From NCBI GenBank assembly GCA_963719225.1, contig CAVRAY010000001.1, forward strand, positions 2,848,001-2,912,000: DNA of 64,000 nucleotides. The letters run 5' to 3'. Below, piece after piece: positions 28,707 to 38,433 of the stretch. Origin of the DNA: Thermoanaerobaculia bacterium (lineage in GTDB: Bacteria; Acidobacteriota; Thermoanaerobaculia; UBA5066). The translations under genes were made by a program, and so were the position numbers. Position 1 is the stretch's first letter, and the number at the start of each line of letters is the position of its first letter. The notes under the pieces were generated by a model, which saw only the letters and a list, made by a program, of their open reading frames with translations, was not told where the DNA came from and ran no database searches.

Positions 28707-29546
28707 TCAGAAGGGCCTGAAGACTCGCACGGAGCCGCTGCGACCCTCCTCGCCCGCCGTCGCGACGAAGAGGCGCCCGTCCGGGCTGAACGCCAGCGCG
28801 ACCGGCGGGCCTTCGCCGCCCGGCGAAAACGAGCGCACCCTTTTCCCTTCGTTGTCGAGCTGCGTCAATTCGCGTCCCTCGATCGCCCAGGCGCCGCCGC
28901 CGGGCGCCGTGCGGCAGATGACGGCCTGAAGGCGCGCTCGCGCGCACGGGCCCCCAGGGAGATCGGGCTTCTGCACGGGCTGCTGTTTCACCTCCGCGGC
29001 GCCGCGCCCGTCGAGAGCGCACCGGACGATCCGTCCCGAGGCGTCCGTGAGGAAAAGCGAGCCGGAGTCGACGGCGATGCCCGTGGGATTTCGCGCGCCC
29101 TCGACCTCGAACGCTCCTACCTCCGCAACGCCGCTCACCGCCCCGAGAATCACGACGAGCGAGGTCTCGGGAGAGAACGCGACGGGAGAGGCCCGGAAGA
29201 GCTGCCCCGCCACGTCCGTCTTCTTCCGGACCCGGTCCCAGGCGGGCGGCGCGCCCGCGGAGGCGTCGATCGGGTGCGTCGTCTCGCGTCCGCCTTCGTG
29301 CCGCGTCTCGGTGACGGAGACGAGGTCGATCCTCGGCGAAAGGACGTCGCCGTCCGTCTCGTTCGCGAGGCGCACGGGCGTGACGAACGTCCCGCCGATC
29401 AGGTCGGCACCTTCGAGCGAGAGAACGAGCGCTCCCTTCACGCCGGGCACCTTCAGGGTGAAGCGGTCGATCGGAACGGACTTTCCGCCCTCCGCGAGCG
29501 CGATCGCGAAGGCCAGACCGGCCGTGGCGAGGGAAGTCGTTGCCAT
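28707..29546 (-). CDS. Hypothetical exported protein with NHL/beta-propeller-like C-terminus
   Basis: Hydrophobic N-terminus; NPTGIAVD..LFLTD and PVALAFSPDGRLFVA repeats. Confidence 0.65.
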   Translation of the reverse strand: MATTSLATAGLAFAIALAEGGKSVPIDRFTLKVPGVKGALVLSLEGADLIGGTFVTPVRLANETDGDVLSPRIDLVSVTETRHEGGRETTHPIDASAGAPPAWDRVRKKTDVAGQLFRASPVAFSPETSLVVILGAVSGVAEVGAFEVEGARNPTGIAVDSGSLFLTDASGRIVRCALDGRGAAEVKQQPVQKPDLPGGPCARARLQAVICRTAPGGGAWAIEGRELTQLDNEGKRVRSFSPGGEGPPVALAFSPDGRLFVATAGEEGRSGSVRVFRPF

Positions 29547-29552
29547 ATCGCC

Positions 29553-31223
29553 TCAGCGCCCCGCGTCCTTGTCGCGCCTCACGACCACCTTTTGGCCGCG
29601 GATCATCGTGCCCCGGAGGGCGCGCATGACGGAATCGGCGATCTTCTCCGGCACCTCGACGAGCGAGAACCGCTCGGCGATCTGGATCGAGCCGACGTCG
29701 CGGGGGCTGACCTTCGCTTCGTTGACGATGGCCCCCACGAGATCCCCGGGGCGGACGCCCGCCGCGCGGCCCGCGCCGACGAAGATGCTCGCCGCGTTGC
29801 CCGGCTCCCTGGACCCGGACTTGTATTTCGTCCCGGCTCTCGGCGCCCGCGGCGGCGGAGGCGCGGCGACCGCCGGAATCTCGTGCTCGTCCCCGACCGA
29901 CCCCGAGCCCGCCGCGGAGGGGTCCGCCAGCTTCACGGCCGCCGCGGCCACGTCCATCGGGTCGAATTCCTCGGCGAGCGATTCGACGACGACGCGATAA
30001 TCCTCGAGCCCGCCGGCGAGGATCGACTCGCGGAGAGACGCGCGGGTCAGCTCGAGGCGCTTCGCGCGCAGGTCGGCGACCGTGGGCACGCTCGCGACCT
30101 CGATCTTCTGCTTCGTCAGGCGCTCGATGTTGCGGAGCTGCCAGTGCTCGCGCGGCTCGGCGAGCGTGATCGCGACTCCTTCGCGTCCCGCGCGCCCCGT
30201 CCGGCCGATGCGATGGACGTAGAGCTCGGGAGAGGACGGGACGTCGTAGTTGACGACGTGCGAGAGGTGCCCGATGTCGAGGCCGCGGGCCGCCACGTCC
30301 GTTGCGACGAGAAGCTCGAGCGTTCCCGCACGGAATTTCTTCATGACGCGGTCCCGGTGCTCCTGCGACATCCCGCCGTGCATCGCCTCCACGCGCAGAC
30401 CCCGGCCCTTGAGGGTCTCGGTCAGGTCGTCGACCTCGAGACGCGTGCGGCAGAAGACGAGGGCGCCGGCGGGGCTTTCGAGATCGAGGATGCGCCCGAG
30501 CGCCGCTCGCTTGTGGCCGCGGGCCACGACGTAGGCCGTCTGCCGGACCTTCGGCATCTTCCCGGGCGCCGTCTTCTCTTTCTCGATCGCGATGCGGACC
30601 GGCTCGCGAAGGTGCCGCGCCGCGAGGGTCGCGATGCGCGGGGGAAGCGTGGCGGAGAACAGCGCGGTCTGGCGCGCCTTCGGAGTCGCCGCGAGGATCG
30701 CGTCGAGGTCCTCGGCGAATCCCATGTCGAGCATCTCGTCGGCCTCGTCGAGGACGAGCGTACGGAGGCCGCCGAGAGCGAGCGAGCGGCGGTTCACGTG
30801 ATCGAGCGCGCGCCCGGGCGTCGCGACGACGACGTCCACCCCGCGCTTCAGGGCCTTCAGCTGCGTCTCCATCGACGCGCCTCCGTAGACGGGGAGGACG
30901 CGGACGCCGATCTCGCGGCCGTACCGGTGGATCGCCTCGGCGAGCTGCATCGCGAGCTCGCGGGTCGGCACGAGAACGAGGACCGTCGGCGCGACTCCCC
31001 TTTCGGTCTCCCCCCCGATGCGGTGGAGGATCGGGAGCGCGAATGCGGCCGTCTTCCCGGTGCCCGTCGCCGCCTGCGCGAAAACGTCACGGCCCTCGAG
31101 GAGCGGCGGGATCGCCGCGCTCTGGATGGGTGTGGGCTCCTCGTACCCCAGGGCGGCGAGCGCGCTCACGAGGCGCGCGTCGAGGCCGAGGGCCGCGAAG
31201 GGAGACGTGGGGGTCTCGTGCAC
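29553..31223 (-). CDS. deaD: DEAD-box RNA helicase with DbpA-type RNA-binding domain (DeaD-like)
   Basis: ATGTGKT, PTRELA, DEAD, SAT, ARGLD and HRIGRTGRAG motifs. Confidence 0.9.
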   Translation of the reverse strand: MHETPTSPFAALGLDARLVSALAALGYEEPTPIQSAAIPPLLEGRDVFAQAATGTGKTAAFALPILHRIGGETERGVAPTVLVLVPTRELAMQLAEAIHRYGREIGVRVLPVYGGASMETQLKALKRGVDVVVATPGRALDHVNRRSLALGGLRTLVLDEADEMLDMGFAEDLDAILAATPKARQTALFSATLPPRIATLAARHLREPVRIAIEKEKTAPGKMPKVRQTAYVVARGHKRAALGRILDLESPAGALVFCRTRLEVDDLTETLKGRGLRVEAMHGGMSQEHRDRVMKKFRAGTLELLVATDVAARGLDIGHLSHVVNYDVPSSPELYVHRIGRTGRAGREGVAITLAEPREHWQLRNIERLTKQKIEVASVPTVADLRAKRLELTRASLRESILAGGLEDYRVVVESLAEEFDPMDVAAAAVKLADPSAAGSGSVGDEHEIPAVAAPPPPRAPRAGTKYKSGSREPGNAASIFVGAGRAAGVRPGDLVGAIVNEAKVSPRDVGSIQIAERFSLVEVPEKIADSVMRALRGTMIRGQKVVVRRDKDAGR

Positions 31224-31243
31224 GGCCCCATTCTGACGCTCTC

Positions 31244-31732
31244 TCAGCGGATGGCCTCGAAAACCCCCGTGCCCCGGTCCTTCCTCACGTTGTCCCACGC
31301 GAACCAGCGGCCGTTCATGGCGACGTAGATGCCGGCCGGCAGCGACTGGACGAAGGAAACCGCGCTCCCGAGGTTGAAGAGGCCGTCGGAGCTCCCGAAC
31401 GCCCACGGCACCATCGCGCCGGTCAGGACGATCGTCTTGCCCGTTCCGGCGGCGGCGAGAGCGGCGGCCGTCTCGACCATCGTGTCGGTGCCGTGCGTGA
31501 TCACGATCCAGCTCTCGGGAGCCTCACGGCAGCGCCGGACGATCGTCTCGCGGTCGGCGGACGTCATCTCGAGGCTGTCGATCATCATCAGCGTCTCGAC
31601 CGAGACCGGCACCCGGCAGCGGCCGAGCCGGAGCATTTCCTGTATGTGCGTGTCCTTGAAGAAAAGGCGGCCCTTCAGCTCGTCGTACTCCTTGTCGAAC
31701 GTCCCGCCCGTCACGAGGATGCGGATGGCCAT
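31244..31732 (-). CDS. Short asparaginase-domain protein
   Basis: TGGTFDK, ITHGTDTM and LTGAMVP motifs. Confidence 0.9.
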   Translation of the reverse strand: MAIRILVTGGTFDKEYDELKGRLFFKDTHIQEMLRLGRCRVPVSVETLMMIDSLEMTSADRETIVRRCREAPESWIVITHGTDTMVETAAALAAAGTGKTIVLTGAMVPWAFGSSDGLFNLGSAVSFVQSLPAGIYVAMNGRWFAWDNVRKDRGTGVFEAIR

Positions 31733-31773
31733 CGGGTCGGACCTCCTTCGCCCTCATTCTGTAACATCAGCCC

Positions 31774-32613
31774 GTGAAGGTCTTCGCGTCGATCACGCCG
31801 CATCTTTCCGTCGGGGACCGCTGTGGTCCGGTGTTTTTCGCGGGTCCGTGCGTGATCGAGTCGCGCGCGCACGCCCTGAAGATGGCGAAGGAGCTCAAAA
31901 GAGCCTTCGAGGACGCCGGCGTCGCGGACCGCCTCGTCTACAAATCCTCCTTCGACAAGGCGAACCGGAGCGCCCGGGCGAGCTTCCGGGGACCCGGGAT
32001 CGAAAAGGGGCTCGCGATCCTATCGGAGGTCAAGGAAAAGACCGACCTCCCGATCCTGACGGACGTCCACGAGCCCGAGCAGTGCGCGATCGTGGCGGAG
32101 GTGGCGGACGTCCTCCAGATTCCCGCGTTCCTCTGCCGCCAGACCGACCTCGTTCTCGCGGCGGCCGCCACGAAGAAGGCCGTCAACGTGAAGAAGGGCC
32201 AGTTCCTCGCGCCGGACGACTGTAGGCAGATCGTGGACAAATGCCACGCGGCCGGGAACACGAACGTGATGCTCTGCGAGCGCGGCACGACGTTCGGATA
32301 CCACAACCTCGTCGTGGACTTCCGCGGCCTTCCGATGATGCGGGCCCTCGGCGTGCCCGTGGTCTACGACGCGACGCACTCGCTCCAGCTTCCCGGCGGC
32401 CTCGGGAACGAGACGGGCGGCTCCCGCGAGTACGCGCCGGCCCTCGCGCGGGCCGCGGCGTCCGTGGGAGTCGACGGCTACTTCTTCGAGGTTCACGACG
32501 ATCCCGCTCGCGCGAAGTCCGATCGGGCGACGCAGCTTCCGCTCGCGAGCCTGCCGAAATTCCTGTCGGACCTCCTCGCGTTCGACGCGCTCAGGCGGAA
32601 AACGCTCTCCTGA
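31774..32613 (+). CDS. kdsA: KDO 8-phosphate synthase
   Basis: AGPCVIES, KSSFDKANRS, QIPAFLCRQTD, KKGQF and DATHS motifs. Confidence 0.97.
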   Translation: MKVFASITPHLSVGDRCGPVFFAGPCVIESRAHALKMAKELKRAFEDAGVADRLVYKSSFDKANRSARASFRGPGIEKGLAILSEVKEKTDLPILTDVHEPEQCAIVAEVADVLQIPAFLCRQTDLVLAAAATKKAVNVKKGQFLAPDDCRQIVDKCHAAGNTNVMLCERGTTFGYHNLVVDFRGLPMMRALGVPVVYDATHSLQLPGGLGNETGGSREYAPALARAAASVGVDGYFFEVHDDPARAKSDRATQLPLASLPKFLSDLLAFDALRRKTLS

Positions 32614-32650
32614 CGAGACGCGAGACGGCCCTCGTCCGTAAAATCCTCCC

Positions 32651-33895
32651 GTGGATACGGACGAGCTCAACCAGCTGATCCGGTCGCTCAATCAGGGCGC
32701 GTCGTCCGACCGGCGCGAGTCGCCCGAGATCGAGCTCGTGCGTGGGGAAGAGGCCGCTGAGCCGGTTCCCGACCTCGACGCGACGACGAAACTCCCGCCG
32801 GCCTCGTTGGACGAGCTCCCTCCCCGCCTCGTGGCGCTCCTGTCCGAGACGGTGCGCCGGGGGGCCACGGATCTCCTCCTCGTGCCCGGCGCCTCGCCGG
32901 TCGTCCGGGTCAACGGCGCGCTCGAGAGAGCCGGCGAAGGCGAGGCGATCTCGGCCCGGACGGTATTCGACCTCCTGTCTCCTTCGCTCTCGGGAGATCG
33001 GCGGCGCCGATATCAGGAGACGGGCGTCGTGGATCTCTCGCTCAGGCTCGCGGGCCTCGGCCGCTTCCGGGTGAACCTCCACCGCACGCGAGGGGGCACG
33101 GCGGCGGCCCTGCGGCTCCTTCCGAAGCGCGTGCCCTCGCTCTCCGAGCTGGGGCTGCCGGAGATGCTCTACGACCTGACGAAGGCCTCGCGCGGCCTCA
33201 TCCTCGTCACGGGGGCGACCGGCTCCGGCAAGACGACGACGCTGGCCGCCCTCGTGGATCGGATGAACCGGACGGAGAAGCGCCACATCGTCACGATCGA
33301 GGACCCCGTCGAGTACGAGCACGCGCACGCGAAATCGCTCGTCGAGCAGGTCGAGGTGGGAATCGACGTGTCCGGTTTCGCCACGGCCCTCGTCGCCGCG
33401 CTCCGCCAGGATCCGGACGTGATTCTCGTCGGCGAGATGCGGGACCTCGAGACGACGCGCGCCGCGGTGACGGCCGCCGAGACCGGCCACCTCGTTCTCA
33501 CGACGCTCCACACGAACGACGTCCCGCAGACGATCAACCGGATCCTGGACATCTTCCCGCCCGAGCAGCAGGCGCAGGTGAAGCACCAGCTCTCGCTCGC
33601 GCTGTCGGCCATCGTCTGCCAGCAGCTCGTCCCGAAGAAGGACGGCTCGGGCCGCGCCGTGGCCGTCGAGGTCCTCGTTGCGACGGATTCGATCCGCGCC
33701 CACATCCGCCGGGGCACCTTTCACCAGATCCACACGGAGCTGACGCTCGGGAAGCGCTTCGGGATGATGACGATGGAGGACTCGCTGGCGGCGCTCGTCG
33801 TGGCCGGCACGATCTCGGAAGCCGAGGCCCGCCTCCGCGCCTCGCATCCGGACGACCTCGCCTCGCGGCTCCTGAGCCGCCGCGCTCCGGGCTGA
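32651..33895 (+). CDS. PilT/PilU family type IV pilus retraction ATPase
   Basis: GATGSGKTTT, TIEDPVEY, LRQDPDVILVGEMRD and AETGHLV motifs. Confidence 0.93.
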   Translation: MDTDELNQLIRSLNQGASSDRRESPEIELVRGEEAAEPVPDLDATTKLPPASLDELPPRLVALLSETVRRGATDLLLVPGASPVVRVNGALERAGEGEAISARTVFDLLSPSLSGDRRRRYQETGVVDLSLRLAGLGRFRVNLHRTRGGTAAALRLLPKRVPSLSELGLPEMLYDLTKASRGLILVTGATGSGKTTTLAALVDRMNRTEKRHIVTIEDPVEYEHAHAKSLVEQVEVGIDVSGFATALVAALRQDPDVILVGEMRDLETTRAAVTAAETGHLVLTTLHTNDVPQTINRILDIFPPEQQAQVKHQLSLALSAIVCQQLVPKKDGSGRAVAVEVLVATDSIRAHIRRGTFHQIHTELTLGKRFGMMTMEDSLAALVVAGTISEAEARLRASHPDDLASRLLSRRAPG

Positions 33896-33920
33896 ATCTT
33901 CAGATTTCCTTCCCCGACCC

Positions 33921-33970
33921 TTGACAAACGGCCCCTTGCATCCGTAGTGTACTAGTGTTGCGATACACTA
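33921..33970 (+). promoter_or_regulatory. Sigma70 promoter with an overlapping GntR/YtrA-type operator
   Basis: TTGACA 33921-33926, TAGTGT 33945-33950; inverted repeat TAGTGTA-N12-TACACTA at 33945-33970. Confidence 0.8.
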
Positions 33971-34016
33971 AGGCGGCACGGGGCTTCACGCTCGTCGGGA
34001 GGAGAGGAAACCCTCG

Positions 34017-34424
34017 ATGAGCCGCGGCCTCTCCGTCGATCCCTCCGACGCCGTTCCGCTCTGGAAGCAGATCGAGGAGAACGTGCGGCGGCTCGTGGCC
34101 TCGGGCGCGATGAAGCCGGGCTCGGCCGTGCCCTCCGTGCGCGACCTCGCGCGCGATCTCTCGATCAATCCCGCGACCGTGGCAAAGGGCTATCAGCGCC
34201 TCGTGGACGCGGGAATCCTCGCCGTGAAACGGGGCGAGGGAACTTTCGTGGCCGAAAAGCCGCCGGCTCTCCCGCGTGGCGAGCGCGAGAAGGAGCTCGA
34301 AGGAGGCGCGATGCGCTACGCAAGCCTCGCCGTCACGCTCGGTGCGCCGAGCGAGGAGGCTGTGGAGCAGGTGAAACGCAGTTTCGGATTTCTTAGAAGG
34401 AAGAGAGAGGGGGGAGCGGAATGA
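34017..34424 (+). CDS. GntR family (YtrA subfamily) regulator
   Basis: PLWKQI, PSVRDLA..INPATVAKGY and RGEGTFV motifs; short C-terminus; precedes an ABC ATPase. Confidence 0.95.
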   Translation: MSRGLSVDPSDAVPLWKQIEENVRRLVASGAMKPGSAVPSVRDLARDLSINPATVAKGYQRLVDAGILAVKRGEGTFVAEKPPALPRGEREKELEGGAMRYASLAVTLGAPSEEAVEQVKRSFGFLRRKREGGAE

Positions 34425-34605
34425 CGACGCAGCAGCAGGCCGGTGGTGTCGTTGCCGCTGCGGGCCAGAGGGGCGATCCGTCGCGCGCGACTTCGGCGCA
34501 CCCGGCACATTCACCTTCTAGGAACTCTTCATTTCCGGTGGTCGAGGTTCGCCGCCTGCTCGTGAGATACGGCGGCAATCCGAAACCCACTCTCGAAGAA
34601 ATCTC
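34381..34605. repeat. Inverted pair plus one extra copy of the dispersed motif at the gntR/ATPase junction
   Basis: GTTTCGGATTTCTTAGAAGG (34381-34400), CATTCACCTTCTAGGAACTCTTC (34508-34530), CACTCTCGAAGAAATCTC (34588-34605). Confidence 0.8.
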
Positions 34606-35458
34606 TTTCTCCGTTCCCCGTGGCTCCGTGTATGCGCTGCTCGGGCGCAACGGCGCGGGCAAGTCCTCGCTCGTGCGCTGCCTCCTCGGCCAGCAGAAGC
34701 CGACCGCCGGCGCATGCGCGCTCTTCGGCGAGGATGCCTGGAGACGCCGGGCACGTCTCATGGCGAAGGTGGGCGTCGTCCCCGAGGACCCGGACGCGCC
34801 GCCCGCGATGACGGCGAGCGAGCTCTCGGCTTTCTGTGCGCGCTTCTATCCCTCGTGGGACGGCGCGGGCGTCACGGCCCGGCTCACCCGCTTCGAGGTC
34901 CCGGCGACGACGCCGTTCGGCAGCCTCTCGAAAGGTCAGAGGGCGCTCGTCTCGCTGTCGCTCGCCCTGGCTTCCTCGCCCGACCTTCTCGTCCTCGACG
35001 ATCCCACGCTCGGGCTCGATGCCGTCGCGCGCGCGGCCTTCTTCGACGAGCTCGTGGGCGAGCTGGCCGACCGCGGGACGACCGTCCTCCTCACCTCGCA
35101 CGACCTCGCGGGCGTCGAGAAGATGGCCGACCGCGTCGGGATCCTCAAGGGCGGGAAGCTCGTCCTCGACGAGACTCTCGAGAGTCTCAAGGCGCGCTTC
35201 CGGCGCCTGCGCTATGGAAACGAGGGGGCCGAAGATCCGGCCATGTACGGACAGGAGCTTTCGGCCTTCGACGCCGTCAAGGTCAAGGTGCGCGGCTGGG
35301 GCATCGAGGCCCTGGTCTCGAATTTCGGCGACGAGCCGTTTACGCGCTTTCGCGCGCTCGAAGGCGTCGTGGACGCCGAGGCGTCGGCGCTCTCTCTGGA
35401 GGAGATCTTCCTCGCCGTCGTGGGGGAAGCGTCTCCCGCGGCAAAGGGGAATGCATGA
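34421..35458 (+). CDS. ABC transporter ATP-binding protein
   Basis: GRNGAGKS, LSKGQ, LVLDDPTLGLD and SH motifs. Confidence 0.93.
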   Translation: MTTQQQAGGVVAAAGQRGDPSRATSAHPAHSPSRNSSFPVVEVRRLLVRYGGNPKPTLEEISFSVPRGSVYALLGRNGAGKSSLVRCLLGQQKPTAGACALFGEDAWRRRARLMAKVGVVPEDPDAPPAMTASELSAFCARFYPSWDGAGVTARLTRFEVPATTPFGSLSKGQRALVSLSLALASSPDLLVLDDPTLGLDAVARAAFFDELVGELADRGTTVLLTSHDLAGVEKMADRVGILKGGKLVLDETLESLKARFRRLRYGNEGAEDPAMYGQELSAFDAVKVKVRGWGIEALVSNFGDEPFTRFRALEGVVDAEASALSLEEIFLAVVGEASPAAKGNA

Positions 35459-37398
35459 AAGGCACTCTCGCCGTCGCGGCGCGGGAGATCGCGGAGCGGA
35501 AGCTTCTCTTTCTCGGCGCCTTCGTCGCCGGGCTTCTGCCGCTCGGGTTCCCGCTCATCCCCGTCTTGCATCACAACCCGCGTGAAGCGCGGTCCGTGGC
35601 CGTGCTCCTCGTGGCCGCCACGATCGCGGTGGCCTTTCCGCTGGTCTTCGGAGCCACGATCCTGGTCGGCGACATCGCCCAGAAGCGCCTGAGCTTCTAC
35701 TTTTCGCGGCCCTTGCCTGCCGCTTCGATCTGGGCCGGAAAGCTGCTCGCCGCGCTGGTGATCTCGATCGGTTGCGCCTTCCTCGCCGTGGCGCCGGTTT
35801 TCTTCCTGGAAGGGGAAAGCGCCTTCTCGTCCGACACGGGCGGCTTCGGTTCGCAAGGCCTCCTCGCTCTCGCCGTTCCTGGCGTTCTTCTCCTCCTTCT
35901 TCTCGCACATGTCGTGGCCTCGATGGCGCGGCTGCGCTCGGCCTGGATCGTTCTGGATTTCATCCTGGCTGCGGCCTTCACGGTCGCGATCGCGCTCTCC
36001 CTTCGAAGTCTCTTCCTCACGGGCTTCTGGGATCTCGAAGAGATGCGGCAGTCCCCCGACCCTCTCGCCGGATGGCTAGTCGCCGCGCTCATCGGGGTGC
36101 TTCTCGCCGCGAGCTGCGTGCAGGTGGCCGACGGGCGCACGGACGCACGACGCTCGCACGGAGCGCTCTCCGCGACGCTCTGGGGTCTTATCGCCCTCGC
36201 CGTGGCGATTCTCGGAGGTCTCGCCTGGTGGGCGTCGTCCGCTCGGGCGACGGACCTCGCGCGAATCGAACCCGGAGTCATGACGGCGCCCCGTGGGTCG
36301 TGGGTAGCCGTCGCTGGTCCCCTCCGCGCAGGACGGGGCGCGGGGAGATTCCTCTTCGACACCGAAGGAGGCCGCTCGGTGCGGATCCGGTCGGGCGAAG
36401 CCGTCTTCTCCGCGAACGGGGCGCGCGCGGCATGGGCGGAGGAGAGGATCGGATTCTTCGAAAGGGGGAGAAAGGCAGATCTCTTCGTCGCCGACCTCGC
36501 ATCGGCGAGGACCGTCAAGACGGGCCTCGAGAGCTCCGTGTGGTCCCGGGTCGCCCTCTCTCCGTCGGGAAACCGGCTGGCGGTTTCCGACGGGCACACG
36601 CTCGAGGCTTACGACGTTTCCAATCCCGCGAACCCGAAGCAGGCCGCGGCGATACGTGTCGAAATCAGCTCGAACACAGTCGTCTTCATCGACGATGACA
36701 CCGTCCGGATTTTTCCAAGGTACTACTGGGCGGCGAAGCGGAAGGACGTCACGCCGCGCGATTTCGACATCGAGGAGATCTCTTTCCTTTCTAAGAAATC
36801 TATCGTGACCGGCCGCTTCGATCGCGATGCTCTCCCTTACCTGCGTGTCAGCGCGGACGGGCGATATTTCGTCGGCACGAAAGAAAAGCGCCTCACGCTC
36901 CACGACGGCCGGACGGGCGCGGAGTTGCGGACTCTCGAGAGCGATCTCAAGGGCGCAAGAGCTCTCTTCATCTCGGGCGGCCGTATCGCCGTGGCCGGCG
37001 TCGCAGATGGAAAGGGAGTGTCGAGGATCTTCTTAGAAGGTGATGCGCGCGCGGCGGCTGCGCGCGCGATCGACCTCGGCCCGGCCGCGACCCTCGTCCT
37101 CGGAGGCGAAGTCGCCCCCGGGCGCGTCGCCGTGGCGCTCAATGCCTTTCTAAGCAATGACGAACGGTCACACCCAGCCTGGAAGCTCGCATTCGTGGAC
37201 GTGGTGACGGGTGAGGTCTCTCCCGGCCCCGATGGCCTTGCCCCCGCCGCCCGGTTCTCGTGGTGGTTCTCGCCCGTCCTGCCGCCTTCCGAAGCGGGAT
37301 CCCCCGCCTCGAAGCTCTTCCTCGACGCGTCCGGCGCGCTCGTGCGGCTCGATCCCGCGACTGGCAAGCAGGAAGTCCTCCTCGGCGGCAGACGCTAA
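35455..37398 (+). CDS. ABC-2 type permease fused to an extracytoplasmic beta-propeller-like domain
   Basis: Multiple TM segments with F.SRPL..IW.GK; FSANG, LSPSG and VSADG propeller-like repeats; ATGA overlap. Confidence 0.75.
   Translation: MKGTLAVAAREIAERKLLFLGAFVAGLLPLGFPLIPVLHHNPREARSVAVLLVAATIAVAFPLVFGATILVGDIAQKRLSFYFSRPLPAASIWAGKLLAALVISIGCAFLAVAPVFFLEGESAFSSDTGGFGSQGLLALAVPGVLLLLLLAHVVASMARLRSAWIVLDFILAAAFTVAIALSLRSLFLTGFWDLEEMRQSPDPLAGWLVAALIGVLLAASCVQVADGRTDARRSHGALSATLWGLIALAVAILGGLAWWASSARATDLARIEPGVMTAPRGSWVAVAGPLRAGRGAGRFLFDTEGGRSVRIRSGEAVFSANGARAAWAEERIGFFERGRKADLFVADLASARTVKTGLESSVWSRVALSPSGNRLAVSDGHTLEAYDVSNPANPKQAAAIRVEISSNTVVFIDDDTVRIFPRYYWAAKRKDVTPRDFDIEEISFLSKKSIVTGRFDRDALPYLRVSADGRYFVGTKEKRLTLHDGRTGAELRTLESDLKGARALFISGGRIAVAGVADGKGVSRIFLEGDARAAAARAIDLGPAATLVLGGEVAPGRVAVALNAFLSNDERSHPAWKLAFVDVVTGEVSPGPDGLAPAARFSWWFSPVLPPSEAGSPASKLFLDASGALVRLDPATGKQEVLLGGRR
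36786..37158. repeat. Three copies of the dispersed motif in the permease gene
   Basis: CCTTTCTAAGAAATCT (36786), GAGGATCTTCTTAGAAGGTGATG (37023), CCTTTCTAAGCAAT (37145). Confidence 0.8.
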
Positions 37399-37408
37399 GA
37401 TCCCTCCA

Positions 37409-38386
37409 ATGACCACGTCCGCACGGCGGGAAGCGCGCCGCGTGATCGAAGCGGAAGCGGAAGCGGTGCGCGGCCTCGCCGCCGGCCTCGACGAAGGCTT
37501 CGACCGCGCCGTGGAGGCGATGAAGGCGACGGGCGCGACCTCCTGCCGCGTCGTCGTGACGGGCATCGGAAAGAGCGGGATCGTGGGCCAGAAGATCGCC
37601 GCGACGCTCGCCTCGACCGGCACGGCCGCGTTCTTCCTGCACCCGTCCGAGGCGATCCACGGCGACCTCGGGATGATCCTCGAGGGCGACGTCGTTCTCG
37701 CGCTGTCGCATTCGGGCGAAACGTCGGAGGTCGTCGCGCTCATCCCGCACGTCAAGCGCCGGGGCGCGACGCTCGTCGCGATGACCGGCCGTCGCGACTC
37801 CACTCTCGGGAAGAGCGCGGACATCGTCGTCTCCGTCGTCATCCACGAGGAGGCCTGCCCGCTCAACCTCGCGCCCACCGCCTCCACGACGGCTCAGCTC
37901 GTCCTCGGCGACGCGCTCGCGATGGCGCTTTCCGTGGAGAAGGGCTTCCAGCCGGAGGACTTCGCCGCGCTCCATCCCGGAGGGAAGCTCGGGAAGCGCT
38001 TCCTAAAGGTCGCGGACCTCATGCACAGGGGCGAGGCGATCCCGCTCGTCCCCGAGAGCGCCGCCATGAAGGACGTCGTCTACGAGATGTCGCACAAGCG
38101 CCTCGGGATCACGGGCGTCACCGACCCGGCCGGGAGGCTGGTGGGCGTCGTCTCGGACGGCGACCTCCGCCGGCTGCTGGAGCGCGACGGGCCGAAGATC
38201 ATGGGCGACTCGGCCGCGGAGGCCATGAGCCGAAGCCCGAAGACGATCGGCGCCGGCGCGTTCGCCGCCGAGGCGCTGCGGCTCATGGAGGAGCGGAGGA
38301 TCACGTCGCTCTTCGTCCTCGACGGGGCGGGCGCTCCCGCCGGGATCCTCCACCTCCACGACCTTTGGGGAATCGAGTCGATCTAG
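37409..38386 (+). CDS. kdsD: Arabinose-5-phosphate isomerase (KpsF/GutQ family)
   Basis: GIGKSG, HPSEAIHGDLG, APTASTT and HPGGKLG motifs; CBS pair. Confidence 0.95.
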   Translation: MTTSARREARRVIEAEAEAVRGLAAGLDEGFDRAVEAMKATGATSCRVVVTGIGKSGIVGQKIAATLASTGTAAFFLHPSEAIHGDLGMILEGDVVLALSHSGETSEVVALIPHVKRRGATLVAMTGRRDSTLGKSADIVVSVVIHEEACPLNLAPTASTTAQLVLGDALAMALSVEKGFQPEDFAALHPGGKLGKRFLKVADLMHRGEAIPLVPESAAMKDVVYEMSHKRLGITGVTDPAGRLVGVVSDGDLRRLLERDGPKIMGDSAAEAMSRSPKTIGAGAFAAEALRLMEERRITSLFVLDGAGAPAGILHLHDLWGIESI

Positions 38387-38433
38387 CGCGCGGTCTTTCG
38401 GAACGGTCATCTTCACGCGCATAATTCCCCGAC

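Noticed and set aside
36451-36466. GATTCTTCGAAAGG as a motif copy (also weak hits near 20505, 48000, 53232 and 56333)
   Set aside because: TTCTTCGA is common coding sequence (Phe-Phe-Glu) here, so these were not counted.
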